Assembly (NCBI GenBank): GCA_963664705.1 | Contig: OY761556.1 | Span: 6,592,001 to 6,656,000, forward strand | Direction: 5' to 3' | Source of the DNA: Acidobacteriota bacterium | Lineage (GTDB): Bacteria > Acidobacteriota > UBA6911 | DNA: 64,000 nt | Shown: positions 37,362-49,515 of the stretch, piece after piece | Layout of the letters: each line of letters starts with the position of its first letter | How positions within the stretch are numbered: the stretch's first letter is position 1 | The notes under the pieces: model-generated | What the model was told of the DNA's origin: nothing | The model's database searches: none | The model's input: only the letters and a program-made list of their open reading frames with translations | Program-made: the position numbers and the translations under genes

Positions 37362-38810
37362 TTGAATTCGCGTCGCGGCGTTCGGATTATCGTGTCGTTG
37401 GCCGGGCTGGCCATGTTCACGCTGGCGGCGCATGCTTTTCCCGTGAACGCCACCACGGTCGGTTTTGCCTACCTGCTGCTCATCCTGATTGTTGCCAGCA
37501 CCTGGGGATTTATCGAGGCCTTTATTCTTTCAATCGCAGCGACCCTGGCGTTCAATCTCTTCTTTCTGCCTCCGGTCGGCACATTCAATATTGCCGAGGC
37601 GCAGAACTGGGTTGCGCTGTTCACTTTTCTCACAACCTCCCTGATTGCGAGTCGACTCTCGACCAAAGCAAAACGGCGCGCACTGGATGCCATCGAGCGT
37701 CAGCAGGATATTGAAAGGCTGTATTCCTTCAGCCGGGCAATCCTGCTGATCGACAGTTCCGAGTCTTTTCCTGCCCAGTTGATCCGGAAACTGGCGGATA
37801 TATTTCAGTTGAGCCTGGCCGTTCTTTACGAGCGGCGCACCGACACTTTCTACCGGGCCGGCCCGTCGGAAGCGGAAGGTGTTGAGAAACAGCTTCGGGA
37901 CACAGCCCTGAAGGGCACAACGTCCTCCGTGGAGGGATCCTGCACTTTTACCGCCATACGGCTTGGATCCGAGCCGATCGCCAGCCTCGCAATCCAGGGG
38001 AATCGTTTCACCGATTCGGTTCTTCAAGGCATCGGGAACCTGGTGGCCATTGGTTTGGAGAGAGCCCGGGCGCAGGATCTTGCCCACGAAATCGAGGCGA
38101 CGAGGCGAAGCGAGCACCTGCGCACAACGCTGATAGACGCAATGGCTCATGAATTCAAGACCCCACTTACCTCTATCAAAGCGACGACGACGGCACTCCT
38201 GGATGCTCCCGATCAGGCATTGGATGCCCGCGTGGAACTGCTGAAGATTGCCGATGAGGAGACGCAGCATTTAGGAAATTTGATTGATGACACGGTGGCG
38301 ATGGCACGCCTGGATGCCGGTCGCATCAAGGTCAATCCTGAAATTGTGGATATGTTCGAGGTCATCGAAGATATTTGCCTTTCACTCAAAGCGGAATTGC
38401 AGGGTCGACAGCTCGACGTGATCAGGAGCGCCGAGGTTTCAGCTGCGATCTTTGACCGGCGCCTGGTAAAGCTAGCAGTCAAGCAGTTGGTGGAGAATGC
38501 AATCAAATACTCTCCGGTCACGACACCGTTGAAGATTCGTATTGAAAGTGATGATAAACTGCTTGGTGTATGCGTTACGGATTACGGCAAAGGTATACCG
38601 GTGCAGGAGCAGCAACGTATCTTTGAGCGTTTTTATCGAAGTCCTTCGGTTCAGGACCAGATTCCCGGATCGGGATTGGGTTTGAGCATTGCTAAGAGTA
38701 TTGCGCGAGCCCATGGCGGGGATTTGACCGTTTCGAGCCGTCCGGGGGAAACCACTTTCCGGTTGGTTTTGCCTCTCGAGTACAGAGGAGAACATCGTGA
38801 GCGCGGGTAG
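37362..38810 (+). CDS. kdpD: KdpD C-terminal part (DUF4118 4-TM, GAF-like, HisKA, HATPase), lacking the KdpD/Usp N-terminus
   Basis: FNLFFLPPVGTF, MAHEFKTPLTSI, LVENAIKYS, GSGLGLSIA. Directly upstream of kdpE. Confidence 0.85.
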   Translation: MNSRRGVRIIVSLAGLAMFTLAAHAFPVNATTVGFAYLLLILIVASTWGFIEAFILSIAATLAFNLFFLPPVGTFNIAEAQNWVALFTFLTTSLIASRLSTKAKRRALDAIERQQDIERLYSFSRAILLIDSSESFPAQLIRKLADIFQLSLAVLYERRTDTFYRAGPSEAEGVEKQLRDTALKGTTSSVEGSCTFTAIRLGSEPIASLAIQGNRFTDSVLQGIGNLVAIGLERARAQDLAHEIEATRRSEHLRTTLIDAMAHEFKTPLTSIKATTTALLDAPDQALDARVELLKIADEETQHLGNLIDDTVAMARLDAGRIKVNPEIVDMFEVIEDICLSLKAELQGRQLDVIRSAEVSAAIFDRRLVKLAVKQLVENAIKYSPVTTPLKIRIESDDKLLGVCVTDYGKGIPVQEQQRIFERFYRSPSVQDQIPGSGLGLSIAKSIARAHGGDLTVSSRPGETTFRLVLPLEYRGEHRERG

Positions 38811-39498
38811 AATTCTTGTGGTGGACGATGAGCCCCAGATCCGGCGCGTCATGCGCCCCACGCTGATTGCGGCAGGATATGAAATCGAGGATGCCAAGTC
38901 CGGAGAAGAGGGCATTGAGAAGGTAAACCAGTTTCGCCCGGACCTGGTGCTGCTTGACATCAACATGCCCGGGATGGGCGGGTTGGCCGCCTGCAAGCTG
39001 ATCCGGATGGCGGATAAAAATATCGCCATCATCATTCTTACCGTTCGCGACTCGGAAGCGGATAAAGTAGCCGCGCTGGATGCCGGGGCAGACGATTTTG
39101 TCACAAAGCCCTTCAGTACGCCGGAATTGCTGGCGCGAATCCGCGCGGCGCTGCGCCGGGTACCGGCGCTTCAATCAAATCCGGACCGGATCCAAGTCGG
39201 CGCTCTATCGATTGACTTTGCTTTGCGCACCGTAGCCAATGGCGGCGAGCCCATACACTTGACTCCCAAGGAACTGGATTTGCTGCGGTATCTGACCCAG
39301 CACTGCAACCAGGTTGTGTCTCACCGGGAACTGTTGCAGGCTGTATGGGGCGCGGATTACGGGCGCGAGGTAGATTATCTTCGGGTGTTCATCAAGAATC
39401 TGAGAAAGAAAATTGAAGCGAACCCGGATGCCCCGGAATACATTACCACCGAGCCGTGGGTGGGGTACCGCTTCAACGGCACGCCCGAGCCTTTATAG
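38797..39498 (+). CDS. kdpE: OmpR-family response regulator KdpE
   Basis: ILVVDDEPQIRR, ALDAGADDFVTKPF, YLRVFIKNLRKKIE, TEPWVGYRF. Confidence 0.9.
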   Translation: MSAGRILVVDDEPQIRRVMRPTLIAAGYEIEDAKSGEEGIEKVNQFRPDLVLLDINMPGMGGLAACKLIRMADKNIAIIILTVRDSEADKVAALDAGADDFVTKPFSTPELLARIRAALRRVPALQSNPDRIQVGALSIDFALRTVANGGEPIHLTPKELDLLRYLTQHCNQVVSHRELLQAVWGADYGREVDYLRVFIKNLRKKIEANPDAPEYITTEPWVGYRFNGTPEPL

Positions 39499-39568
39499 AA
39501 TTTTTATAAATCCTCCATAACTTCTTCAGGGTTCCTCTACGCCTTCTTCAGGCCGCGCGTCCTATGCT
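39492..39568 (+). promoter_or_regulatory. KdpE-type binding array and -10 box of the kdp operon
   Basis: Hexamers TTTATA, TTTATA, TCCATA, TTCAGG, TCTACG, TTCAGG start at 39492, 39503, 39514, 39525, 39536 and 39547 (exact 11-bp period). TATGCT at 39563-39568. Confidence 0.65.
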
Positions 39569-39587
39569 ACTCACGGAGCGTGCGACC

Positions 39588-40049
39588 ATGTCGACAACAA
39601 CAGCTTTTGGAATTTATGCAGACAGCGGGATTGATGAGTCTCTTCCAGCGCCCGCCATTTTGAATATCGGTCTGACCGTATTCGTGCTGTTTACATCCAT
39701 AGACGAGACGCTGAAAGCACTGCGAAGAGCGCAACAGATTGCGAGGCCGGTAGGCGCCCACATCGTTGTAGTGGCGGCACCGGTGATTCCTCACCCGCTG
39801 CAACTTGATCAGCCGCCGGTGTCTTTCGACTTTCTGATCAAGGAATTTGAGGAAAAGGCCGGCGGACATTTGGACAACATACGAATTGCAGTCTATCTGT
39901 GCCGCGATCAAGAGGAAGCACTAAAGCGTGTTTTGAACATCCATTGCCCTGTGGTTATCGGGATCAGTAAGCGTTGGCTCCCAACCAGGGAGGAACGATT
40001 GGCGAAAAGGCTGCTTCGCATCGGGTACGACGTTATCACGGTTTCCTAG
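39588..40049 (+). CDS. Hypothetical protein, possibly a degenerate Usp-like alpha/beta fold; first gene of the kdp operon
   Basis: GGAG RBS before ATG 39588 (ATG 39564 lies inside the -10 box). Alternating beta/alpha pattern VFVLFTS..LKALRRA..IVVVAA. Confidence 0.65.
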   Translation: MSTTTAFGIYADSGIDESLPAPAILNIGLTVFVLFTSIDETLKALRRAQQIARPVGAHIVVVAAPVIPHPLQLDQPPVSFDFLIKEFEEKAGGHLDNIRIAVYLCRDQEEALKRVLNIHCPVVIGISKRWLPTREERLAKRLLRIGYDVITVS

Positions 40050-40058
40050 GAGGATCCC

Positions 40059-40142
40059 ATGCTGGACCTGTTCTATCTCGCCGTTGCCGCATGTGTCCTC
40101 GCTGTTTTCTGGGGATTCGCCATTATTTGCGACAGGCTTTAG
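40059..40142 (+). CDS. 27-aa single-TM peptide upstream of kdpF (KdpZ/KdpG-like)
   Basis: AGGAGG RBS, MLDLFYLAVAACVLAVFWGFAIICDRL*. Not in the ORF track. Confidence 0.7.
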   Translation: MLDLFYLAVAACVLAVFWGFAIICDRL

Positions 40143-40152
40143 GGAGAAGTAA

Positions 40153-40236
40153 ATGGATTACATCATTGCGGGGCTTACATCGGCGGCTCTCTTTGTTTAC
40201 CTGGTATATGCGCTTTTGAAACCGGAGCGTTTTTAG
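40153..40236 (+). CDS. kdpF: K+-transporting ATPase subunit F
   Basis: GGAG RBS, MDYIIAGLTSAALFVYLVYALLKPERF* with the diagnostic YL.YAL..PERF end. Not in the ORF track. Confidence 0.92.
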   Translation: MDYIIAGLTSAALFVYLVYALLKPERF

Positions 40237-40245
40237 GAATCAATC

Positions 40246-42012
40246 ATGACAAGACAGGGTGTTCTGCAGATTGCCGTCTATTTTGTTGTGTTGCTCGTAT
40301 TGACGAAACCACTCGGGGCATTCATGGCCAATGTATATGAAGGGAAGCGGACGTTCCTTCATCGCGTTTTCCGGCCATTGGAGCATTTCATTTATAGGCT
40401 CAGCGGCATTTGCGAGGAAACAGAACAGCGATGGATCCAGTATACCGCCTCGCTGCTGGCTTTCAGCCTGGTTTGCTTTGTCTTTACCTATCTCCTTCAG
40501 CGCCTTCAAGGTTTTCTGCCACTGAATCCGGCGGGGTTTGGTTCAAAGCAGGTTGCTCCTGATTTGGCCTTCAATACCGCAGTCAGCTTCATCACCAACA
40601 CTAACTGGCAATCTTATAGTGGCGAGACAACTCTGAGCTATTTCGTACAGATGGCCGCTTTAACGGTTCAGAACTTTGCCTCAGCGGCGGCGGGAATGTG
40701 TGTTGCCATCGCTTTGATTCGTGGCTTTGCCCGGAGGCAGGTGAGTACCATAGGCAATTTCTGGGTGGATCTTGTACGGAGCATTCTGTATATCCTTCTG
40801 CCTTTGTCTTTGATTGGGGCTCTCCTGCTTTGTTCTCAAGGCGTTATACAGAATTTCAGCCATTCTTCCGCGATAACAACACTTGAAGGGAGTAGCCAGA
40901 TCATAGCGCAGGGCCCGGTAGCTTCCCAGATTGCCATCAAACAATTGGGTACAAACGGGGGAGGTTTCTTTAATGTCAATTCTGCGCACCCATTCGAGAA
41001 CCCAACACCGATTTCCAACTTCCTGGAAATGCTGTTCATCCTTCTGATTCCGGCCGGGCTTGTCTACACGTTTGGGCGGATGGTGAAAGACACGCGCCAG
41101 GCATGGGCGGTGTTTGCCGCGATGAGCCTGCTTTTTCTGGCAGGCGTTTTTATCTGCTATCCCGCAGAACAGGCCGGCAATCCCAACCTTACAAAACTGG
41201 GTGTCCAGGGTGTCCCGTCCAATGCCCAATCCGGTGGCAATATGGAAGGTAAAGAGGTCCGCTTCGGCATTGCGCCGTCCGCGCTTTGGGCTGTGGCGAC
41301 CACCGATGCAAGCAATGGCAGTGTGAATAGCATGATGGACAGCTTTACTCCCATTGGCGGCCTGGTGGCGCTTTTCAATATTCAAACCGGCGAGGTCATT
41401 TTCGGAGGAGTCGGATCCGGCCTCTACGGGATGCTGCTGTTTGCCATTATCGCAGTCTTCATAGCGGGTTTGATGGTGGGACGAACTCCGGAGTATCTCG
41501 GCAAGAAGATCGAGGGAAAGGAAGTGAAGATGGCAATGCTGGCGCTGATCGCCTGTGCGGCTTCCATCCTGATTTTCACTGCAATCAGTACCCATCTCCA
41601 CTTTGCCAAGGGGGGGTACTGGAATCCTCCCGGTGCGACTGCAGCCAATATAGCCAATAGCGGGCCGCATGGGCTTTCGGAAATTCTATACGCCTATTCA
41701 AGCGGTACGGGAAACAACGGCAGCGCCTTTGCCGGGCTAAATGCCAACACGCCCTGGTACAACTTGACCATTGGGCTGGCAATGCTGATTGGGCGTTTTC
41801 TTATCATCATTCCAATGCTTGCCGTGGCGGGGAGTCTGGCACTGAAAAGCCCTGTGCCGGTGACCAGCGGGACGCTACCGACGCATGGTCCTCTATTTGT
41901 CGGGCTGCTTGCCGGGACGGTGATTATAGTGGGCGCCCTTACCTATTTCCCCGCACTTTCATTAACTCCCATTGTCGAACATTTTCTCATGAGCAGCGGC
42001 CGGATGTTTTAA
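40246..42012 (+). CDS. kdpA: K+-transporting ATPase subunit A
   Basis: [44 protein letters not shown]. Confidence 0.98.
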   Translation: MTRQGVLQIAVYFVVLLVLTKPLGAFMANVYEGKRTFLHRVFRPLEHFIYRLSGICEETEQRWIQYTASLLAFSLVCFVFTYLLQRLQGFLPLNPAGFGSKQVAPDLAFNTAVSFITNTNWQSYSGETTLSYFVQMAALTVQNFASAAAGMCVAIALIRGFARRQVSTIGNFWVDLVRSILYILLPLSLIGALLLCSQGVIQNFSHSSAITTLEGSSQIIAQGPVASQIAIKQLGTNGGGFFNVNSAHPFENPTPISNFLEMLFILLIPAGLVYTFGRMVKDTRQAWAVFAAMSLLFLAGVFICYPAEQAGNPNLTKLGVQGVPSNAQSGGNMEGKEVRFGIAPSALWAVATTDASNGSVNSMMDSFTPIGGLVALFNIQTGEVIFGGVGSGLYGMLLFAIIAVFIAGLMVGRTPEYLGKKIEGKEVKMAMLALIACAASILIFTAISTHLHFAKGGYWNPPGATAANIANSGPHGLSEILYAYSSGTGNNGSAFAGLNANTPWYNLTIGLAMLIGRFLIIIPMLAVAGSLALKSPVPVTSGTLPTHGPLFVGLLAGTVIIVGALTYFPALSLTPIVEHFLMSSGRMF

Positions 42013-42034
42013 CCGACGCGCAAGAGGAGGATTC

Positions 42035-44164
<2,130 letters not shown>

Positions 44165-44172
44165 GGAGGAAT

Positions 44173-44781
44173 ATGCTGAGACAGATAGTGCCCGCGTTGC
44201 GCATCACCATGGTTCTGACCGTTCTTACCGGTTTGCTGTATCCCGGCATTGTTACCGGCCTTTGCCAGTTGTTGTTTCCGCATCAGGCCAATGGTAGTCC
44301 GGTCGTGGGAAACGGCCGCGTTGTCGGCTCTGACCTCATTGGTCAAAATTTCCGCAGTCCCGAGTACTTTCATCCACGCCCTTCTGCCGCTGGTACCGAA
44401 GGCTATGATGCTTCTTCGTCCGGAGCCTCGAACCTGGGGCCTACCAGCAAGGCTCTGATGGATAGAGTGCAGGCGGATATAGCGAAATTCCGTCTCGAGA
44501 ACCCCGATTATCATGGCCTTATCCCCGCCGATATTGTGACGGCGTCCGGAAGTGGGTTGGATCCACACATCAGCCCAGCCGCCGCGCAGGCCCAGGCCGC
44601 GCGTGTTGCAATGGCGAGAAAGATACCGGTTCCTGAGGTACGGCATTTGATAGATCTAAACAGGGAAAAGCCCTCGCTTGGATTCCTTGGCGACGCACGG
44701 GTGAATGTATTGCGATTGAATCTGGCACTGGATCACCTGCAGTCATCGATTCTTCGAGAGCAAAGACTGAGACGGCCATGA
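44173..44781 (+). CDS. kdpC: K+-transporting ATPase subunit C
   Basis: YFHPRPSA, SGASNLGP, VTASGSGLDPHISP, VNVLRLNLALD. AGGAGG RBS before ATG 44173. Confidence 0.97.
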   Translation: MLRQIVPALRITMVLTVLTGLLYPGIVTGLCQLLFPHQANGSPVVGNGRVVGSDLIGQNFRSPEYFHPRPSAAGTEGYDASSSGASNLGPTSKALMDRVQADIAKFRLENPDYHGLIPADIVTASGSGLDPHISPAAAQAQAARVAMARKIPVPEVRHLIDLNREKPSLGFLGDARVNVLRLNLALDHLQSSILREQRLRRP

Positions 44782-45860
44782 ACCACGAAATGCGACGCAA
44801 GACGCCGGAGGAGCTGCTGCTGGAGCTTCATGAGGAAGAGATGGTTTCCAAAGGCCATCTGAAGATTTTTCTTGGCTATGCATCCGGCGTTGGAAAATCG
44901 TTTCGAATGCTTGATGAAGCGAGACGACGCAAAGACAGGGGCCAGGATATCATCGTCGGTGCCGTTCAACCTGGGGTTGCCGAGGATGTCCAGCGGCTGC
45001 TGGATGGACTCGAACTTGTACCATTGCGACAATACGCCCAGGGCAGTGGTCTGGATGTCCCCGCAATATTGTGGCGTAAACCGGAGGTGTGCGTTATCGA
45101 TGGCCTGGCCTTTACCAATCCACCCGGTGCCCGGAATAAAACACGCTGGCAGGATGTTCAGGATCTGGTGAAAGCCGGGATAAAGGTCATTGGATCGATC
45201 AATATTCAGTATATTGAGGAACTGCGGGAAGAGGTGGAGGCCATTACCGGCAAGCATGTGATCGATACGGTACCGACACGATTCATTCTTGGGGCGGATG
45301 AAATTGAAATCGTGGATGCTCCGCCTGAAGAACCAATGGAGCGATCTCCCGAGCAGCAGCTGGATCTTAATAAACGCCAGGAGCGCTATTGCGCATTGCG
45401 GGAGAGGACCCTCGTGCTTGCGGCCGATGTGGTGGATCATCAGCTGAACGGCTATCTGGAAAGACACGGAATCAGACAGAGCTTTGGTGCCCAGGAGCGT
45501 ATTCTTGTATGCATAACGCCTCGTGCAAATGCACAGGAAATGATCCGAGTCGCTCGAGCTATTGCTGACCGGTTTCATGCCGAGATGATGGTTGCCTATG
45601 TCCGGCAACCCGATTTATCACCTGCGGACAGTATCCTGCTTGAGAATAGGCTTGAAGAGGCCCGCTCCATGAGAGCGCAGATTGAAATTTTGGATGGCGA
45701 TGATCCCGTGAAGACCATTCTTGATTTTGCGCAGGCCAGGGGAGTAACGCAGCTCTTTATCGGTCATACTCAGACCGTGAGGAAGTGGCCGTGGAGTGAC
45801 CCGGTTGAAAAGCTGATCATCGGAGCGCGCGGGATGGATGTGCGCATTTTTCCGCAATAA
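44778..45860 (+). CDS. Stand-alone KdpD N-terminal + Usp protein, copy 1 (degenerate motifs)
   Basis: RKTPEELL, GHLKIFLGYASGVGKS, IDGLAFTN, RWQDV, C-terminal Usp domain (ILVCITP..GVTQLFIG). Confidence 0.88.
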   Translation: MNHEMRRKTPEELLLELHEEEMVSKGHLKIFLGYASGVGKSFRMLDEARRRKDRGQDIIVGAVQPGVAEDVQRLLDGLELVPLRQYAQGSGLDVPAILWRKPEVCVIDGLAFTNPPGARNKTRWQDVQDLVKAGIKVIGSINIQYIEELREEVEAITGKHVIDTVPTRFILGADEIEIVDAPPEEPMERSPEQQLDLNKRQERYCALRERTLVLAADVVDHQLNGYLERHGIRQSFGAQERILVCITPRANAQEMIRVARAIADRFHAEMMVAYVRQPDLSPADSILLENRLEEARSMRAQIEILDGDDPVKTILDFAQARGVTQLFIGHTQTVRKWPWSDPVEKLIIGARGMDVRIFPQ

Positions 45861-45870
45861 AGAGACGATC

Positions 45871-46968
45871 ATGATCGGAGCTGAGCGCGGAAAACTGAAG
45901 CTGTTCATGGGGTATGCCGCGGGCGTCGGCAAGACCTGCCATATGCTCGAAGAAGGACAGGCGCTCAAAACTCGCGGGATCGATATCGTCATTGGTTACT
46001 TCGAGCCTCATGGCAGGAAAGATACGATTGCCAGGACGGAGGGGTTGGAGTTTGTTCCGAGGATGAAGGTGGCCTATCGCGGCTCGGTTTTCGAGGAGAT
46101 GGATGCGGATGCCATTCTTGCCAGGAATCCCCGCGTCTGCCTCGTCGATGAGTTTGCGCATACGAACGTCCCTGGATCTCCCCGTATCAAGCGCTGGGAG
46201 GATGTGGAGTTGCTGCTGACGGCAGGGATCGATGTGCTGACGACCATGAATGTCCAGCATCTCGAGAGTCTCAATGATCAGGTTCGGCAGATTACAGGTA
46301 TCCAGGTGCGCGAGACAATTCCGGATTGGGTTGTGCAGCGGGCAGTCGAGGTTGTCGTAGTCGACCTGTCCCCGCGCGCGCTGCTTCATCGGCTGGAGCG
46401 CGGTGTTATCTATGATCGAGAGAAAGTGGATCTTGCGCTGCAGAATTTCTTCAGGGAATCAACCCTGGTGGCCTTGCGTGAGCTTGCGCTGCGCGAGACT
46501 GCTCACGAAATCGAATATCGGGTAATCAGAGAGGAGCCGCACTCCAGCGCGGATGCGACGGATCTGGTGTCGGGACGCAGGCATAAAATCCTGCTCGTTG
46601 CCACGGAGGATCCAAGGAGTGCGATGTTGATTCGACGCGCCCGACGCGTCAGTGATTATTTGGGAGCCGAGTGTTTTGCCGTGGCCGTCAAAGCGGAGGC
46701 GGGTCCAATGCCGGACGCAAGACGCCAGGCAATAGAAAAACACCTGGATTTAGCGCGCAATATGCAAATTGAAACGAGAGTCCTGGAAGGCCGGGATGAA
46801 GCTCAAACGCTGGTCGACTTTGCGCGCAGGAATCAGGTGACCCAGATATTCCTTGCCCGCCCACGAGAGAAGCCCTTCCTATGGCAGGAAGGGCTTCTGC
46901 AGAAAGTGGTTCGTCTTGCCAGGGATATGCAAATTGTTATTGTTTCGGACCGGGAGCCGGATATGTGA
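45871..46968 (+). CDS. Stand-alone KdpD N-terminal + Usp protein, copy 2 (canonical motifs)
   Basis: RGKLKLFMGYAAGVGKT, VDEFAHTN, KRWEDV, TTMNVQHLESLND, LRELALR, Usp domain. Confidence 0.9.
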   Translation: MIGAERGKLKLFMGYAAGVGKTCHMLEEGQALKTRGIDIVIGYFEPHGRKDTIARTEGLEFVPRMKVAYRGSVFEEMDADAILARNPRVCLVDEFAHTNVPGSPRIKRWEDVELLLTAGIDVLTTMNVQHLESLNDQVRQITGIQVRETIPDWVVQRAVEVVVVDLSPRALLHRLERGVIYDREKVDLALQNFFRESTLVALRELALRETAHEIEYRVIREEPHSSADATDLVSGRRHKILLVATEDPRSAMLIRRARRVSDYLGAECFAVAVKAEAGPMPDARRQAIEKHLDLARNMQIETRVLEGRDEAQTLVDFARRNQVTQIFLARPREKPFLWQEGLLQKVVRLARDMQIVIVSDREPDM

Positions 46969-47012
46969 AATTCGTGGCGTAGGCTCAGACCTCTTGCGTC
47001 ACGAATTTCACA
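46964..47012. repeat. REP-like hairpin between convergent genes (possible bidirectional terminator)
   Basis: tgtgaaattcgtggcgta / tgcgtcacgaatttcaca, same family as 12499-12575. Confidence 0.75.
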
Positions 47013-47031
47013 AGCCGCACAAACGATGCCG

Positions 47032-49290
47032 CTATTTATCCGATGCCTGCGGCAGGGCCCGATCCTGTTTTTTCGCCGAATGCGCCGAGGTTTCTTTGCC
47101 AAGTTCTTCGATAATAGCGGGGGCCTCGGCGGTCCCGAGCGATGACTGCAGCCTCCTCAACGCGATCCGGACAACATCCCGGTGATGCAGTTCGTGGCCA
47201 AGCCCGCGCTTTGTAAGATCGAGCCACAAGTCGTGCAGCAGTTCCATGTCCTCGGGCCAGAGCCTGGGCGGATGCGGGCCGAGGTTGAAGAACACCTGTT
47301 TGCCGGTTTGCTCGTCGAGGATTTCCAGCGAGAGCTGAGGCCGCGGAGGCGGCAGTTTTTCCCAGGCGTCGCCAAATGCTTTTGCCTGTTCCGCCGGCGT
47401 CATTTTTGCCGATAGTCCCATTACCACGAGAGCGGACTTAAGCCGCTGCGCAACCTCTACAATGGCACGGTTATAGTCTCTGCCGGGGACTACAAGAAGC
47501 TCCACATGTTTACCGGCCTTTTCCGCAACCGATACCACTCTCGTGAAGAGCTGGGCAACCTTGTCAGTGAAGATCTGATCCGTATCGAGAGCAAACCCGC
47601 CGCTGCCGTGTCCGGAAGTGCGCTTGACGGTCAAAGCGACAATGTCCAGCTTTCGGGTGTCGACTCTATCGAGCACCCTCGCCAGATGCCTGAGTTCATA
47701 GGGATTCCGGGCGGCAACCAGAACATTGCCCGGACGCACCTTGATGGATTGATGCGAAAGCATTTCCTGGTTTACGAGCCGGAATTTTTCATGTTCATCC
47801 GAGTGGGCTTTCTTTTTGCGGTTGTAGCGCTCCGACAGGGTAAAAATCATGAAGATGGTGATTGTAAATATGAATCCCCATACGGTTGCCACCTTCTTGG
47901 TAAAGAGGTTGACCACCGCAATTGTGAAAAGAGCCAGCGTAATCAATGCCAGGCCCAGGGGGAATTCTTTTCCTGCAATCCGGAAATTCAGCGGAACTTT
48001 CCACTCCGGTTCTTCCGGCTGCTTGTACCGGAGCACCAGGACCGATAGTCCCTGCATGGCAAAACTCCAGACGATTCCGAAAGCATAGGCATCGCCAAGG
48101 AGCTGTATGTTTCCACGCGTCAGGATAATGGTGACGATCTGCAGGGCTACGATCATCGTTATGAGATTAACCGTTGTCCCGTATTTTTTATGCGGATTCC
48201 GAAACCAGTCTGGAAGCACGCCGTCTTCCGCCACACGGTTCAGCACGCCATTGGATCCGACGATGGCTGTATTCACGGCTCCCGATAGTAGAATGGTGCC
48301 AACCACGACCACAAAGGCATGGAATAGAAGTCGCAGCGGGAGCGGACCGACGACGTTCATGGCCAATCCACCGATCAGGTTGTCGATATAAAGGTGCACT
48401 CTCTCGTTGTCCGGGATGATCATGACGGCGAAGAAGGAAACGAGGGATGTGAACACCAGGCTATAGACAAAAATAATGAAGCCGGCGCGTTTGAGATTCT
48501 TGAGCTTGGGCGAGGCAATTTCACGATTCACCTGGGCCAGGCTTTCTTCACCACTCATGGCCAGTACGGAATGGCCCAAACCGATCAGGATGGCAATCAC
48601 GCTCACCTGGGTCCATGCCGATCCCTTCAACCAGCCTACGGCCTCGTCGGTAAAATGGATGTTCTCGATGGTTGGAAATGGCACGGGATTGAATCCGCGC
48701 TGCAGGACCGTAATGACACACCAGACGATCAGTACCACGACCATGACGGTCGTCAACTGCATAATTCGCAGCGCCTTCTGACTGGATTCATGCATCCCGA
48801 TGATGTTCTTGCGCCAGAAATAGAGGGTGACCAGAATCGTAAAAAACGCCGCGAAATAGGGTGGATTTACTTTGCTTCCGGGCGAATGCAGCAGATCGGA
48901 CGTTTCGTTGATCAGCCCCGCCAGGTAAAGCCCCGCGCTGACTCCGCTGATAGGGCCCGTCAGAATATAGTCGAACATCAGGGCTGATACGGAAAACTTC
49001 GCCAGCGTGCTGCCCAGCGCTTCGTGGACGACGCGATACACCCCGCCGCGAACGAACATGCTGCAGCTCTCAACATAGACAGCCCGGACTGCATAGGAGA
49101 ACAGCATGATTCCGAGGATGAACCACGGTGCCGACTTGCCAAGATATCCCTCGGCAATACCCCCTGCGTAATAGGCAGAGGAGCCCAAATCGCAGAGGAC
49201 AATGGCTGCCGCTCGCCAAAAAGAGATGAACGACAGCATGATGGTGGATGCTACAACCACTTTGTTTACAGAATCGTCTCGAGCTTTCAT
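47032..49290 (-). CDS. APC-superfamily permease with a C-terminal Usp-like domain (possible K+ transporter)
   Basis: DLGSSAYY, GGVYRVV, ALMFDYILTGPISG, LAMSGEESL, about 12 TM segments, then a soluble alpha/beta domain. Confidence 0.85.
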   Translation of the reverse strand: MKARDDSVNKVVVASTIMLSFISFWRAAAIVLCDLGSSAYYAGGIAEGYLGKSAPWFILGIMLFSYAVRAVYVESCSMFVRGGVYRVVHEALGSTLAKFSVSALMFDYILTGPISGVSAGLYLAGLINETSDLLHSPGSKVNPPYFAAFFTILVTLYFWRKNIIGMHESSQKALRIMQLTTVMVVVLIVWCVITVLQRGFNPVPFPTIENIHFTDEAVGWLKGSAWTQVSVIAILIGLGHSVLAMSGEESLAQVNREIASPKLKNLKRAGFIIFVYSLVFTSLVSFFAVMIIPDNERVHLYIDNLIGGLAMNVVGPLPLRLLFHAFVVVVGTILLSGAVNTAIVGSNGVLNRVAEDGVLPDWFRNPHKKYGTTVNLITMIVALQIVTIILTRGNIQLLGDAYAFGIVWSFAMQGLSVLVLRYKQPEEPEWKVPLNFRIAGKEFPLGLALITLALFTIAVVNLFTKKVATVWGFIFTITIFMIFTLSERYNRKKKAHSDEHEKFRLVNQEMLSHQSIKVRPGNVLVAARNPYELRHLARVLDRVDTRKLDIVALTVKRTSGHGSGGFALDTDQIFTDKVAQLFTRVVSVAEKAGKHVELLVVPGRDYNRAIVEVAQRLKSALVVMGLSAKMTPAEQAKAFGDAWEKLPPPRPQLSLEILDEQTGKQVFFNLGPHPPRLWPEDMELLHDLWLDLTKRGLGHELHHRDVVRIALRRLQSSLGTAEAPAIIEELGKETSAHSAKKQDRALPQASDK

Positions 49291-49330
49291 TGTGTCATCA
49301 CGTCCTAAATGATTCGTATGCAAACGTAGG

Positions 49331-49386
49331 ATGATACCGCCGCGCAACGTGAAGAATTTGTGGATAATTTATAAAGATTTCATGAA
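49331..49386 (-). promoter_or_regulatory. KdpE-type binding array and -10 box upstream of the APC permease
   Basis: Minus strand TTCATG-N5-TTTATA-N5-TCCACA-N5-TTCACG-N11-TATCAT, the same architecture as the kdp promoter. Confidence 0.6.
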
Positions 49387-49515
49387 GATTTGGCTGGGGG
49401 TGCCGGCGTGCCCGAATGGGAGCCGTGAAGGGCGGCAGCTTGCTCCCGCCTGACTTGATGTGCCTGCGACGATGGCTCTGTTTCTCTCAGAACGGCTGAA
49501 CAGCGAAACAATACG

